Part shown: positions 1 through 9,233 of the stretch, one piece after another
Position numbering within the stretch: the stretch's first letter is position 1
Layout of the letters: every line of letters begins with the position of its first letter
From: an uncultured Micropruina sp.
GTDB lineage: Bacteria > Actinomycetota > Actinomycetes > Propionibacteriales > Propionibacteriaceae
Assembly (NCBI GenBank): GCA_964453585.1
Contig: CAYVOW010000003.1
Coordinates: forward strand, 1,616-65,615
DNA: 64,000 bases
Direction of reading: 5' to 3'
Notes under the pieces: generated by a model
Told to the model about the DNA's origin: nothing
Seen by the model: the letters and a program-made list of their open reading frames with translations, nothing else
Database searches by the model: none
Program-made: the position numbers and the translations under genes

Positions 1-175
1 TGATGACGCCGAGCAGCGCGTTCTCGATCCAGAACAGCAGGAACAGATTGCCCGCCGGCCACCCCCACAACAGCACACCGGCAAGGAGGATCAGGTTGCC
101 GAGCATCGCCCACGCAACCGCGACCCAGCGGTTTCGCTCGGTCGCGTCGCGGGTGACCTGGACGCGACGACTCAC
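1..175 (-). CDS. Integral membrane protein, N-terminal part only (gene runs off the left edge); DUF6498-like
   Basis: Own reverse-strand translation from GTG (175-173): VSRRVQVTRDATERNRWVAVAWAMLGNLILLAGVLLWGWPAGNLFLLFWIENALLGVI... It has high GC3 and hydrophobic helices. It is absent from the ORF track because there is no stop inside the window. The family guess rests only on the LLFWIEN-type motif. Confidence 0.55.
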   Translation of the reverse strand, partial: MSRRVQVTRDATERNRWVAVAWAMLGNLILLAGVLLWGWPAGNLFLLFWIENALLGVI

Positions 176-195
176 CGCGCCACCATACTGAGGGG

Positions 196-1059
196 GTGGC
201 CCAGGAACCGTTGCCGACCACGGCAGATCTCGTGCTGCACGGCGACAACCTGGACGCGGCGCGCACCCTGCCGGCCGATTTCCAGTTGATCTACCTCGAC
301 CCGCCGTTCAACACCGGCGCCCGGCGGCAGCGGACGACGCTGCGGACCCAACGGAGTCCCGAGGGCGGCCGCACCGGTTTCGGCGGGCACCGGTACACGA
401 CCGAGACCGCGTCGTCGATCAGCTACCCGGACCAGCACGAGGACTACCTGGGCTTCCTGGAGCCTCGGCTGGTCGCCGCCCGTGACCTGCTCACGGCGTC
501 CGGCACGCTCTACCTGCACCTGGATCAGCGCGAGGTGCATTACGCCAAGGTGCTGGCCGATCGGATCTTCGGCCGCGACTGCTTTCTCAACGAGATCGTC
601 TGGGCCTACGACTTCGGTGGCCGCCGCCGCGACCGCTGGCCCGCCAAACACGACACGATCCTGGTCTACGTGCGTACCGCGGGCGGACACTTCTTCGACC
701 AGGACCAGATCGACCGGATCCCGTATCTGTCGCCGGGGCTGGTCGGGCCCACCAAGGCCGCCCGCGGCAAGGTGCCCACCGACGTCTGGTGGCACACCAT
801 CGTCGGGACGAGTTCGCGGGAGAAGACCGGCTACCCCACCCAAAAACCGGAGGGGGTGCTGCGCCGGATCGTCCAGGCGTCGTCGCGTCCGGGGGACTGG
901 GTGCTCGACCTGTTCGCCGGGTCGGGGACGCTGGGCGCGGTCGCTCGGCAGTTGGGCCGCCGGTTCGTCCTGGTCGATCAGAACCCGGCCGCGATCGAGG
1001 TGATCAGGCGACGACTCGGTCAGGACCGGATCGAGTATCGGGAGGCGGAAGCCCGTTAG
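196..1059 (+). CDS. Site-specific DNA methyltransferase (N6-adenine/N4-cytosine, beta-class motif order)
   Basis: Catalytic motif IV LIYLDPPFNTG lies near the N-terminus. The AdoMet motif I VLDLFAGSGTLG lies near the C-terminus, and TGYPTQKPEGVLRRIV is present. GTG start. Confidence 0.9.
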   Translation: MAQEPLPTTADLVLHGDNLDAARTLPADFQLIYLDPPFNTGARRQRTTLRTQRSPEGGRTGFGGHRYTTETASSISYPDQHEDYLGFLEPRLVAARDLLTASGTLYLHLDQREVHYAKVLADRIFGRDCFLNEIVWAYDFGGRRRDRWPAKHDTILVYVRTAGGHFFDQDQIDRIPYLSPGLVGPTKAARGKVPTDVWWHTIVGTSSREKTGYPTQKPEGVLRRIVQASSRPGDWVLDLFAGSGTLGAVARQLGRRFVLVDQNPAAIEVIRRRLGQDRIEYREAEAR

Positions 1060-1141
1060 CCAGGCGCTCGCTGATGGCGCAGTGGCCGGTTCGGGGGCAA
1101 TCCGTACCCCGCCGGACGGGCCGAGGCCACCGAGGAGAGGC

Positions 1142-2038
1142 CTACCCCTCAGCCAGCCAGCGGCGTCGCTCCGCCTCCAGGTTGGTTCGGGCGGTGGCCG
1201 CCCAGAGGCGTCGAGCGGTGGGCGTGTGGAAGAGCGGGTTCAGCGCGAGCAGGCGCTCCAGAACCTGGAGGCGCCCGACCCGGAACAGCTCGTCCGAGAC
1301 GTGGCCGTACTCCAACCGAATGTCGCGGACGTACACGTGGTAGCGCCCGGCGGCCTGACCCAGGATCGAGAGGTCGGCGTCGCACAGTTGCTGACCGGCC
1401 AGATCGTCGGACGCGGGGGCATGGTGGGCGGTCAGCCGAACCAGCCGGGCCACCTCGGTCACCTCACCGGACGACACCGAGGCTCGGGGCAGCAGCTCCT
1501 CGGCCAATGCGGCCGACGCCTCCTCGTCCGCCCCGGCGGTGCCCTCGTAGACGGCGTCGTGGAACCAGGCGGCCAGCCGGACAGTGTCGTCCACCGGCCC
1601 TTGTGCGGCCCCCAGGTCGAACGCCGCCAGGCACTGAGCCAGGTGTCGGACGTCGTGGTAGTGCCGGTGCTCTTCCGACCAGCGCTCCAGCAACTGCGCG
1701 CCCAGCCACTCCTGCCCTGGCAGCAGCGTCGCCCAGCCAGCCGCGAGCAGCGGTCGCACCTGGGATCGCTTCGGAGTCCGCTCCGGGGTGCGGGTGCGCA
1801 GGCCCGAGCGGACCAGCCGCCGGACGAGTTCGGTCGAACTCACCTCCTCGGCGCCGCGGGCGACGAGGTCGGCGTAGCGACGCTCCGGCACGTCGTAGTG
1901 GTCGTGGTCGAAGGCCCGCGGTGGCACTCCCGCGGCGCCGGCGAAGCTGTGCAGTTCGTCCAGGGACGAGTCGGACACCAGGTGGGCGAAGATCGTCCCG
2001 TGAGCCGGCCAGCGCGGCGGATCGATCAGGACCGCCAC
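1142..2038 (-). CDS. DUF4031 domain fused to an HD-superfamily (COG4339-like) phosphohydrolase domain
   Basis: The N-terminus MAVLIDPPRWPAHGTIFAHLVSDSSLDELHSFA...FDHDHYDVP is typical DUF4031. The C-terminal half carries HYHDVRHL and WFHDAVY, which are HD-type metal ligands. Confidence 0.8.
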   Translation of the reverse strand: MAVLIDPPRWPAHGTIFAHLVSDSSLDELHSFAGAAGVPPRAFDHDHYDVPERRYADLVARGAEEVSSTELVRRLVRSGLRTRTPERTPKRSQVRPLLAAGWATLLPGQEWLGAQLLERWSEEHRHYHDVRHLAQCLAAFDLGAAQGPVDDTVRLAAWFHDAVYEGTAGADEEASAALAEELLPRASVSSGEVTEVARLVRLTAHHAPASDDLAGQQLCDADLSILGQAAGRYHVYVRDIRLEYGHVSDELFRVGRLQVLERLLALNPLFHTPTARRLWAATARTNLEAERRRWLAEG

Positions 2039-2039
2039 G

Positions 2040-2564
2040 TCAGCCGCGGACGTCGTGCAGGTGGTGGTAGAGGTCGTGCTGGAAGTAGATCAGCAGGGTG
2101 GCGACGGTGAACTTCGAGCCGTTGCTGCGGGTTCCGGGGCGTTCCCAGTCGCCCTCACCGACGGTGTCGAACAGCTCGGCCGTCCGGTTTGCCTCTTCGG
2201 TGAACTCGTCGGCGACGGTGGCCGGGTCCTGCTCGTGGTACCGCTCCTCGATCGCGGTGGCGTCCTGATCCCAGTTGGCGAAGGCCGGGTCGTTCTGGGA
2301 CAGCATCAGGTGGGTCCGGACGCCGAACACCCGGCAGACGTCGCGGACGTGGCAGGCGTACTCCAGCGGCGACCAGACCTGCGGCGACGGCCGTTCACCG
2401 ACGTCCCCGCGCTCCAAGACGGCCCGCCAGCGCGGGACGACGCCGCGCACCCAGCCGGCGACCTCGTCCGAGGGCCCGGGCCGGAATCCGCACTCCGGGC
2501 AGCCCTCGGTGATCACCCAGGTCCAATCCTTATCGTCGGGGACGATGGCGGTTGGTTCAGTCAT
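2040..2564 (-). CDS. DinB-family (DinB_2 / mycothiol-dependent-like) protein
   Basis: 174 aa with CPECGF, spaced His residues (YACHVRD, YFQHDLYHHLHDV) and a four-helix-bundle-type pattern. It lies 1 nt downstream of the preceding gene start. Confidence 0.7.
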   Translation of the reverse strand: MTEPTAIVPDDKDWTWVITEGCPECGFRPGPSDEVAGWVRGVVPRWRAVLERGDVGERPSPQVWSPLEYACHVRDVCRVFGVRTHLMLSQNDPAFANWDQDATAIEERYHEQDPATVADEFTEEANRTAELFDTVGEGDWERPGTRSNGSKFTVATLLIYFQHDLYHHLHDVRG

Positions 2565-2605
2565 GGCCCGATCCTCACCCCGCAGGGGCGCTTGCCGGAA
2601 GCGTC

Positions 2606-3094
2606 TCAGTCCACGGCGAAGGTGGCGGTGAAGGTCGCCCGATCCAGGGTGTGCGCGTGGACGGTGAAGCGAACGGCTGCGCTGGTCGCCTCGTCCGGCA
2701 CCCCGAGCTCAGCCACGTCCAGGGCGTGGACGGCGAACTCGTAGCGGTGGGCCGGGCCAGGAGGCGGGCAGGGCCCGCCGTAGCCGACGTACCCGTAGTC
2801 GTTCACCCATTCGCGTCCCGGGAGCGCCTCGCCCTCGGCCAGCCCGGTGACGGACGCGGGCAGGTCGATCGCCACCCAGTGCCACCAGCCGCTGCCGGTG
2901 GGGGCGTCCGGATCGAAGCAGGTGACGGCGAAGCTTCGGGTGCCGTCCGGCGCTCCCGACCACCTCAGGTCGGGGCTGACGTTGTCACCGCCGGCGCCCG
3001 GTTCGGCGTACCGGGGCAGGATCACCGAGCCGTCCGGAATCGCAACGCTGCTGAGTTCCATGGTTCCTCCGATCGCGACTCCCACCCTAGTCAC
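2606..3094 (-). CDS. YbhB/YbcL family Raf-kinase-inhibitor-like (PEBP) protein
   Basis: FDPDAP...WWHW and GYGGPCPPPGPAHRYEFAVHALD are diagnostic PEBP motifs. Confidence 0.9.
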   Translation of the reverse strand: MTRVGVAIGGTMELSSVAIPDGSVILPRYAEPGAGGDNVSPDLRWSGAPDGTRSFAVTCFDPDAPTGSGWWHWVAIDLPASVTGLAEGEALPGREWVNDYGYVGYGGPCPPPGPAHRYEFAVHALDVAELGVPDEATSAAVRFTVHAHTLDRATFTATFAVD

Positions 3095-3139
3095 CGGCCC
3101 TGCCGCGGACGAGGGTCGGCGTGACGCTGTCCGCCCGGG

Positions 3140-3772
3140 GTGGGCAGAATGGGCGCCATGGCTAGCTGGGACGTTCTGCGCGGCGCGCGGGTGATCGTCG
3201 ATCTACCCGAGGGCGACGCCGACGACCTGATCGCCGTCGGTGAGGTACTGCTGCAGGAGGCGCTGCCGGTCTGGTGCTTGCCACGATCGCGAGCCGGCGA
3301 ACTCTCGGGGCTGCGGGCCGTCTTCGGCGAGCGAGTCGTCCTTGGCCTCGGTGACCTGCGGACTCCCGGTCAGGTGTCGGCAGCGGTGGCGGCGGGCGCC
3401 GATTTCCTGCTCGGTCTGGTCGGCGCGGCATCGCTGGCGGAGGCCGCGGGTGAGATCCCGATCGCGCTGGGTGCGCTCACCCCGTCCGAGATCGCGGCGG
3501 CCAGCGACGTGGCCGGGGCCGTGCAGGTGATCCCGTGCGATGCGCTCGGCTCGATGTATTCCCGAACCCTGCCGGCGCTGTTCGCCGGGGTGCCGCTGGT
3601 GGCCAGCGGGACGATGGAACGCTTCATCGCCGAGATGTGGCTGGAGGCGGGCGCGGCCGCGGTCTGCCCGCGCGGCTGGATCCGTCCCGAACTGGCGTCC
3701 GATCCCGACCTGTCGGAGTTGCGGCGACGGGTCCAGGCGTTGGACTTCACCGACCTGGACGGCTCCGCCTAG
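3140..3772 (+). CDS. KDPG/KHG (Eda-like) aldolase family protein
   Basis: About 205 aa TIM-barrel-like pattern: LPVWCLPRS, GADFLLG, ALTPSEIAAA, VQVIPCDALG, VPLVASGTM. The start is ambiguous (GTG 3140, ATG 3149 or ATG 3158). Confidence 0.6.
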   Translation: MGRMGAMASWDVLRGARVIVDLPEGDADDLIAVGEVLLQEALPVWCLPRSRAGELSGLRAVFGERVVLGLGDLRTPGQVSAAVAAGADFLLGLVGAASLAEAAGEIPIALGALTPSEIAAASDVAGAVQVIPCDALGSMYSRTLPALFAGVPLVASGTMERFIAEMWLEAGAAAVCPRGWIRPELASDPDLSELRRRVQALDFTDLDGSA

Positions 3773-3781
3773 GTCGAAGCG

Positions 3782-4615
3782 TCACTTGCGGGCGCCGTAG
3801 CCCTCGATCGTCTCGACGAAGGTAGCGGTGGGCAACGCGCCGTTGATCGGGGTGGTGTTGATCAAGAAGAACGGGGTGCCGGAGATGCCGAGCTGCTGGG
3901 CCTGACTGGTGTCGGCCGCCACCGCATCGGCCAGCGCCTTGCTGGCCAGATCGGACTCGAACTTCTTCAGGTCCGGGACGCCGGCGGTCTTGGCGAAGGC
4001 CAGCACGTCGGCCTTCTTGATCGTCGGATGACCGCTGGCCGGCGCCTTGGCGAAGACCGCGTCATGGAACTGCCAGAACTTTCCCTGCTGACCGGCGGCC
4101 CGGGCGGCGACCGCAGCCAGGGTCGACTCCTCGCCGAACAGGACGAGATCGCGCGACTCGATCCGCAGCGATCCCGACTCGACGTAGGGCAGCAGATCCT
4201 TCAAGGTGCTTGTCGCCCACTTGGCGCAGAACGGGCAGCGGTAATCCGACCAGACGATCATGATCACCGGGGCATCCACCTGGCCCATCGCCGTCGGATC
4301 GTCGGCGATCCGGCGGGGCAGCGACTTCATCACCGCGACCGCCTCGGCGTCCGGTGAAGCGGACCCGGTCGCTGCGGGGGACGACGAGGGTGCGGCCGCC
4401 GGGGTGGCCCGGATCGCCTGAAGCTCGCCCTCTTTGACCACCAGCAGGGTGCCGAGCACCAAAGACAGGGCTGCCAGCGCGGCCACCAGCAGCCAGGGCA
4501 GCCGGTTGCGGCCGCTGGCGGGTTGGGGTGCGGCGCCGAACGCGACCGGGTTCTCGAAGGGGCGGGCAGCGGGGGACTCGGCGGCAGGCGGCAGCGTCGG
4601 CTCGGCGTCACTCAT
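3782..4615 (-). CDS. Membrane-anchored DsbA-family thioredoxin-fold oxidoreductase
   Basis: N-terminal TM helix LPWLLVAALAALSLVLGTLLVV and a CPFC active site (WSDYRCPFCAKW). The C-terminal GISGTPFFLIN is DsbA-like. Confidence 0.85.
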   Translation of the reverse strand: MSDAEPTLPPAAESPAARPFENPVAFGAAPQPASGRNRLPWLLVAALAALSLVLGTLLVVKEGELQAIRATPAAAPSSSPAATGSASPDAEAVAVMKSLPRRIADDPTAMGQVDAPVIMIVWSDYRCPFCAKWATSTLKDLLPYVESGSLRIESRDLVLFGEESTLAAVAARAAGQQGKFWQFHDAVFAKAPASGHPTIKKADVLAFAKTAGVPDLKKFESDLASKALADAVAADTSQAQQLGISGTPFFLINTTPINGALPTATFVETIEGYGARK

Positions 4616-4634
4616 GCCCGCCAGCGTACGGTCC

Positions 4635-5237
4635 TCAGCGGCGCCGTCGGCGAATGGCGCCGATCACGAACAGCAGCACCATCAGGGCGAAGAGGACGCC
4701 GGCCGCCATCAGCAGGTTCCGCAACAGCGGATCATCCTGGACCGGACGGGGTTCGGGAGTTGGTGTCGCGCTGGCCGCCGACGGGGTCGGCTTCGGCGTC
4801 TTGGTGGACTTCTTGGTCGGGGTCGGTGCCACCGCGGGCAGCGCTACCTCGGCCACTGCCGCGCCGATCACCTGAACGGTCAGGCTGGTCCGGGCCGGTT
4901 GGGCGTCCGGGGTGCCGCCGAAGCGGACCGTCACCGTGAGCTGCTCGGCGGGGGAGAGACCGTCCGGCACCGGGGCGAACGCTTCGAACGTCCCGTGATC
5001 GAGCGTCATCGCGGCCGACATGATGGCGCCGGCCACCTCGAGGTCGATGGTGCGTCCTGGCAGGGGACGGCCGGCCGCATCGGTCAACCGGCCCTGGACC
5101 CGGACCAGGGAGCCCGCCTCGACCACGGGGGTCGCAGCCTGGGCGGTGAGGACGCTGGCCGCCGGAGCGGCCGCGGCCTGGGGGGCCAGCCAAGCCAGGC
5201 CCATCACGATCAACAGGGCACACAGACGACCACGCAC
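4635..5237 (-). CDS. Exported hypothetical protein with a C-terminal TM anchor
   Basis: Signal peptide MRGRLCALLIVMGLAWLAPQAAAAP, a beta-rich domain, a P/T/K-rich linker, the TM helix LLMAAGVLFALMVLLFVIGAI and an RRRRR stop-transfer. It lies 19 nt upstream of the DsbA-like gene on the same strand. Confidence 0.6.
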   Translation of the reverse strand: MRGRLCALLIVMGLAWLAPQAAAAPAASVLTAQAATPVVEAGSLVRVQGRLTDAAGRPLPGRTIDLEVAGAIMSAAMTLDHGTFEAFAPVPDGLSPAEQLTVTVRFGGTPDAQPARTSLTVQVIGAAVAEVALPAVAPTPTKKSTKTPKPTPSAASATPTPEPRPVQDDPLLRNLLMAAGVLFALMVLLFVIGAIRRRRR

Positions 5238-5588
5238 CGCGCCTCCCTTCGCCTTCGGTCAGTATTGCGACGCGGCTCCGACCACATTCACAGGCGCGCC
5301 GACGTGCTGAGCGGGTCCGCGGGAGGTGGCCGGTCGAGGTGGTTGCGGCAGGTGGCGGCGTGTTGGTGGCCTGGACGACGTACGCGCCGCCACGAACTGC
5401 CGCCAGCCAGGCGTGCCATGGCCGTGTCATCAGGCCGGCTGGCGGGGGCACCAAAGGTCGTCCCACTCCCTCGATCAGCCCTCCGGCGCGCACTGGCAGG
5501 CAACAGGGGGGACTGGAAATTAGGAAGTCTGGGAATCCTTAGAGTAAGTTGAGAAAGCAATCACTCATTTCTCAGGGAGTACCACGGA

Positions 5589-6509
5589 ATGTATCAGCCT
5601 CGTCGGGCAGCCGCCCCGATGGACTTGGTCGAGCCCGGCACCACCCTCGGCCACTCGGAATCGCCCTTCGGCGCGCCGCGCCGCGCCGCCCGCACCTGGC
5701 GGGATGCGGTCGCCGACCGCACGGCGCCGTTCGTCCTGACCCTGGCCACCGCCGCCACCGTGGGGTCGCTCGTCCTGGCCTCGGGGGCCAGTGCCAGCAC
5801 CGGGCAGGTCGCGATCGCGATGGACGGGCGCACCACCGATCAGGTGAGTCGTAGCAACACCCGAGTGGCGCTCGCCGAAGTCCCGCCAGCCTCAACCAAG
5901 ACCGTCGCCGAGGTGGCCATCGTCGCCACCCGGACGATGTACGCCAAGGACGCCTTGGTCGTCCGGGAAGAAGCCGACGCCAAGAGTGACAAGGTCGCAT
6001 CGTTGAAGCGCGGCGCCGAGGTGCACGCCACCCCGGAGTCCGACGGCAAGTTCCGGATGGTCGAGTACAAGGGCGAGCTCGCCTGGGTCCTCGACGACGC
6101 ACTCACCAGCAAGAAGCCGGTGGACGACGCCACCAGCGCCTCGGGCACGCCGGACGCGACCCGCGCGGTTCCGGGTGGCTCGGTGCTGGGGCTCAAGCCG
6201 GTCGCCATGGTCGTCTACCGCGCGGTGATGGCCCGTTGGGACGTCCCGAGCGTCGGTGGCTACCGGGCGCACAGCCTGTCGGTGCACCAGTTCGGCCGGG
6301 CGATCGACTTCATGGTCTACAAGGACTGGACGATGGGTGACCAGATCGCCGACTTCCTGATCGCCAACGCCAAGCAGTTCAAGGTCGACCACATCATCTT
6401 CCGGCAGCGGATCTGGACCCCGTCCAGCCCCTTCTGGCGGCACATGGCCGACCGGGGCGGCGTCACCGCGAACCACTACGACCACGTCCACGTGGCCGTT
6501 CGCCCCTGA
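5589..6509 (+). CDS. Exported SH3b-domain / LAS-type (M15-like) zinc peptidase, likely cell-wall hydrolase
   Basis: TM/signal segment FVLTLATAATVGSLVLASGASA. SH3b-like stretch TRTMYAKDALVVREEADAKSDKVASLKRGAEV...MVEYKGELAWV. H-x6-D (HQFGRAID) and H-x-H (HYDHVHV) zinc motifs at the C-terminus. AGGGAG lies 10 nt upstream of the ATG. Confidence 0.7.
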   Translation: MYQPRRAAAPMDLVEPGTTLGHSESPFGAPRRAARTWRDAVADRTAPFVLTLATAATVGSLVLASGASASTGQVAIAMDGRTTDQVSRSNTRVALAEVPPASTKTVAEVAIVATRTMYAKDALVVREEADAKSDKVASLKRGAEVHATPESDGKFRMVEYKGELAWVLDDALTSKKPVDDATSASGTPDATRAVPGGSVLGLKPVAMVVYRAVMARWDVPSVGGYRAHSLSVHQFGRAIDFMVYKDWTMGDQIADFLIANAKQFKVDHIIFRQRIWTPSSPFWRHMADRGGVTANHYDHVHVAVRP

Positions 6510-6625
6510 TCCTCCACGACTCCTCCACACCGATCTCCCGGCCCGCCAGCAGGCGGCCGGGAGATCGCTCGTTTCAGCCCTTGTCGCACTTCGAGGAACC
6601 CCGTGCCAGCCGGGGAGAGCACGGT

Positions 6626-6631
6626 TAGGCT
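6626..6631 (+). promoter_or_regulatory. Candidate -10 hexamer TAGGCT, 7 nt before the pgi ATG (leaderless transcript)
   Basis: ggtTAGGCTgacagccATG. It fits the actinobacterial TANNNT -10 consensus, and no SD lies between the box and the ATG. Confidence 0.4.
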
Positions 6632-6638
6632 GACAGCC

Positions 6639-8315
6639 ATGCAGACTCCCGTTGACGCCACCCAGACCGCCGCCTGGGCCAAGCTGGCCACCCTCCACGC
6701 CGCCATGCAGCCCGATCTCCGGGCTTGGTTCGCCGACGACCCGGAGAGGGCCGAACGGTTCAGTCACACCGCGGCCGACCTCTTCGTCGATCTGTCCAAG
6801 AACCTGATCAGCGACGAGGTCGTCGCAGCTCTGACCGAGTTGGCCGACGAGGTCGATCTGGCCGGTCACCGCGACGCGATGCTGCGTGGCGACAAGATCA
6901 ACGTCACCGAGAACCGCTCCGTGCTGCACACGGCGCTGCGCCGCCCCAAGGACGACTCGCTGGTCGTCGGTGGGCAGGACGTGGTGGCTGACGTCCACAA
7001 GGTGCTGGACGCGATGTACGCCTTCGCCGACCGCGTCCGCAGCGGCCAGTGGAAAGGCGTCACCGGCAAGCCGATCAGCACCATCATCAACATCGGCATC
7101 GGCGGCTCCGACCTCGGCCCGGTGATGGTCTACGAGGCGCTCAAGCCGTACGTGCAGGACGGCCTCGAGGCCCGGTTCATCTCCAACATCGACCCGACCG
7201 ACGTGGCCGAGAAGACCCGCGGCGTCGACCCCGAAACGGCACTGTTCATCGTCGCGTCCAAGACGTTCACCACCTTGGAGACCCTGACCAACGCCCGGAT
7301 GGCCCGCGACTGGCTGCTGCGGGAGTTGCAGGCGTCTGGGGCCATCGACGGCTCGGACGAGCAGGCCTCCGACGCCATCGCCAAGCACTTCGTGGCCGTC
7401 TCGACCGCCCTCGACAAGGTGGCCGCCTTCGGCATCGACCCGGCCAACGCGTTCGGGTTCTGGGACTGGGTCGGTGGCCGCTACTCGGTCGATTCGGCCG
7501 TCGGCCTGCCGCTGGTGATCACCCTGGGGCCGAAGAACTTCGCCGACTTCCTGGCCGGCTTCCACGCCATCGACGTCCACTTCGCCGAGACGCCGTGGAG
7601 CGAGAACGTTCCGGCGCTGATGGGGCTGCTCAACGTCTGGTACGTCAACTTCTTCGGTGCCAAGAGCCACGCCGTGCTGCCCTACGCCCAGTACCTGCAC
7701 CGCTTCGCGGCCTATCTGCAGCAGCTGACCATGGAGTCCAACGGCAAGGGGGTGCGGATCGACGGCAGCCCGGTCACCTCCGACACCGGCGAGATCTTCT
7801 GGGGCGAACCGGGCACCAACGGCCAGCACGCGTTCTACCAGCTGATCCACCAGGGCACCCAGCTGATCCCGGCGGACTTCATCGCGGTGGCCACCCCCGC
7901 GCACCCGATCCAGGACGGCGAGCACGACGTCCACGAGTTGTTCCTGGCCAACTTCTTCGCCCAGACCAAGGCGCTGGCCTTCGGCAAGACCGCCGACGAG
8001 GTCCGGGCCGAGGGGACGGCCGAGGCGATCGTCCCGGCGCGAGTGTTCAAGGGCAACCGGCCGACAACCTCGATCATGGCGCCGTCGCTGACCCCGTCGG
8101 TGGTTGGCCAGCTGATCGCCCTCTACGAGCACATCACGTTCACCGAGGGGATCGTCTGGGGGATCAACTCCTTCGACCAGTGGGGGGTTGAGCTGGGCAA
8201 GCAGTTGGCGCTCCAGATCGCTCCGGCGGTGGCCGGGGATGCCGCCGCCCTGGAGACCCAGGACGCGTCCACCAAGGCGCTGGTCGGCTACTACCTGGAG
8301 CACCGGCAGCGCTGA
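6639..8315 (+). CDS. pgi: Glucose-6-phosphate isomerase
   Basis: Full-length match to the PGI pattern: [63 protein letters not shown] chose the ATG at 6639 (MQTPVD...) rather than the upstream-extended track start at 6603. Confidence 0.97.
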   Translation: MQTPVDATQTAAWAKLATLHAAMQPDLRAWFADDPERAERFSHTAADLFVDLSKNLISDEVVAALTELADEVDLAGHRDAMLRGDKINVTENRSVLHTALRRPKDDSLVVGGQDVVADVHKVLDAMYAFADRVRSGQWKGVTGKPISTIINIGIGGSDLGPVMVYEALKPYVQDGLEARFISNIDPTDVAEKTRGVDPETALFIVASKTFTTLETLTNARMARDWLLRELQASGAIDGSDEQASDAIAKHFVAVSTALDKVAAFGIDPANAFGFWDWVGGRYSVDSAVGLPLVITLGPKNFADFLAGFHAIDVHFAETPWSENVPALMGLLNVWYVNFFGAKSHAVLPYAQYLHRFAAYLQQLTMESNGKGVRIDGSPVTSDTGEIFWGEPGTNGQHAFYQLIHQGTQLIPADFIAVATPAHPIQDGEHDVHELFLANFFAQTKALAFGKTADEVRAEGTAEAIVPARVFKGNRPTTSIMAPSLTPSVVGQLIALYEHITFTEGIVWGINSFDQWGVELGKQLALQIAPAVAGDAAALETQDASTKALVGYYLEHRQR

Positions 8316-8393
8316 GCCGGGAGCCGAACCTCACCAGCGGTCACGTCGGTTCGTTGTAAGCTGACGCGGGCCGTCGGACGAAGCGGGGAAACG

Positions 8394-9233
8394 TTGAGTG
8401 ACGCAGTGAGCCTGGCTGGGCTGCATCGAGTAGGCGCGCGCCCGCCGCTGGGACGCTACCTGAGTCAGGCCTGGGGGCGCCGTGACTTCGCGCTGGCGAT
8501 GGCCCGGTACCGGATTCAGGCGAGCTTCGAACGCAACCGGTTGGGGATCCTCTGGCTCGTCCTGCGCCCGACGCTGAACGCCCTTGTCTATGGGCTCATT
8601 TTCGGCCTCCTCCAGGGCTCGCGCCAGGGCGCTGACTATCCTGCGTTCGTCGTGATTGGCGTGTTCTTTTGGGAGTTTTTCAATCAGTCACTCAATAATG
8701 GCGCGAAGTCTATCACTGGGAATCGGCACCTTGTGCAGTCGCTGGCCTTTCCGCGGATAACACTTCCGGTCTCGGTCGTATTGCAGCAGCTGCTGTCGCT
8801 GTTTCCGATGCTCGGGGTGATGGCCCTGTACCTGATCATCCTGGGCCACTACCCCGCGTGGTCGTGGTTGCTCATCGTCCCGTTGGTGGCCCTCTACACC
8901 CTCTTCAATCTGGGAGTCGCGCTCATCGCGGCTCGGCTTACCGTCCATGTCGCCGACCTTACGCAGATCCTCCCTTTCATCACCCGCATCCTCTTCTACA
9001 CCTCGGGCGTCCTTTTCCACGTCGCCACGATCCTCGAGAAGTACCCCTGGGTGGTCACACTGTACGATTTCTATCCGCTCTATCAGGTCCTCCAAATTGC
9101 GCGCGGAGTCTTGATGGACAACCACCCATATGACCCGCGCTATTGGGCGTGGTTCGCGGCCTCGTCTGTCTTTACGTGCGTGGTTGGTGTCATCTTCTTC
9201 TGGGTTGCGGAGGAGCGTTATGGCAGGGAGTAA
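8394..9233 (+). CDS. tagG: ABC-2 type polysaccharide/teichoic-acid export permease (TagG-like)
   Basis: Six-TM ABC-2 permease pattern with the conserved N-terminal part RRDFALAMARYRIQASFERNRLGILWLVLRP. It is translationally coupled to the following ATPase (ATG inside the stop region). TTG start. Confidence 0.85.
   Translation: MSDAVSLAGLHRVGARPPLGRYLSQAWGRRDFALAMARYRIQASFERNRLGILWLVLRPTLNALVYGLIFGLLQGSRQGADYPAFVVIGVFFWEFFNQSLNNGAKSITGNRHLVQSLAFPRITLPVSVVLQQLLSLFPMLGVMALYLIILGHYPAWSWLLIVPLVALYTLFNLGVALIAARLTVHVADLTQILPFITRILFYTSGVLFHVATILEKYPWVVTLYDFYPLYQVLQIARGVLMDNHPYDPRYWAWFAASSVFTCVVGVIFFWVAEERYGRE

Noticed and set aside
5238-5588. Possible c-di-AMP (ydaO-type) riboswitch in the 350-nt region upstream of the SH3b/LAS cell-wall peptidase gene
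   Set aside because: The genomic context fits, since actinobacterial ydaO elements precede wall hydrolases, and there are weak echoes (GCUGAGC; CCGCCACGAACUGCCGCCAGC). However, I could not find the conserved cores (GGGGACCCA, GGGGUGAAUC, CAGCUxACCUCGUA). Only an Infernal scan with RF00379 could settle it.
5892-8303. 803-aa reverse-strand ORF. Similar very long ORFs occur at 36394-38301 (-), 51088-52407 (-), 53477-54688 (-), 55846-57318 (-), 34208-35896 (+) and the upstream ~650 codons of 60656-63166 (-).
   Set aside because: Each is antisense to, or out of frame with, an unmistakable conserved gene (pgi, acs, ychF, ADH, methyltransferase/LysE, DAG kinase/MogA, ABC exporter). Their translations are Arg/Gly/Pro/Val-rich low-complexity sequence with no motifs. 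These are typical stop-poor shadow ORFs of high-GC DNA.
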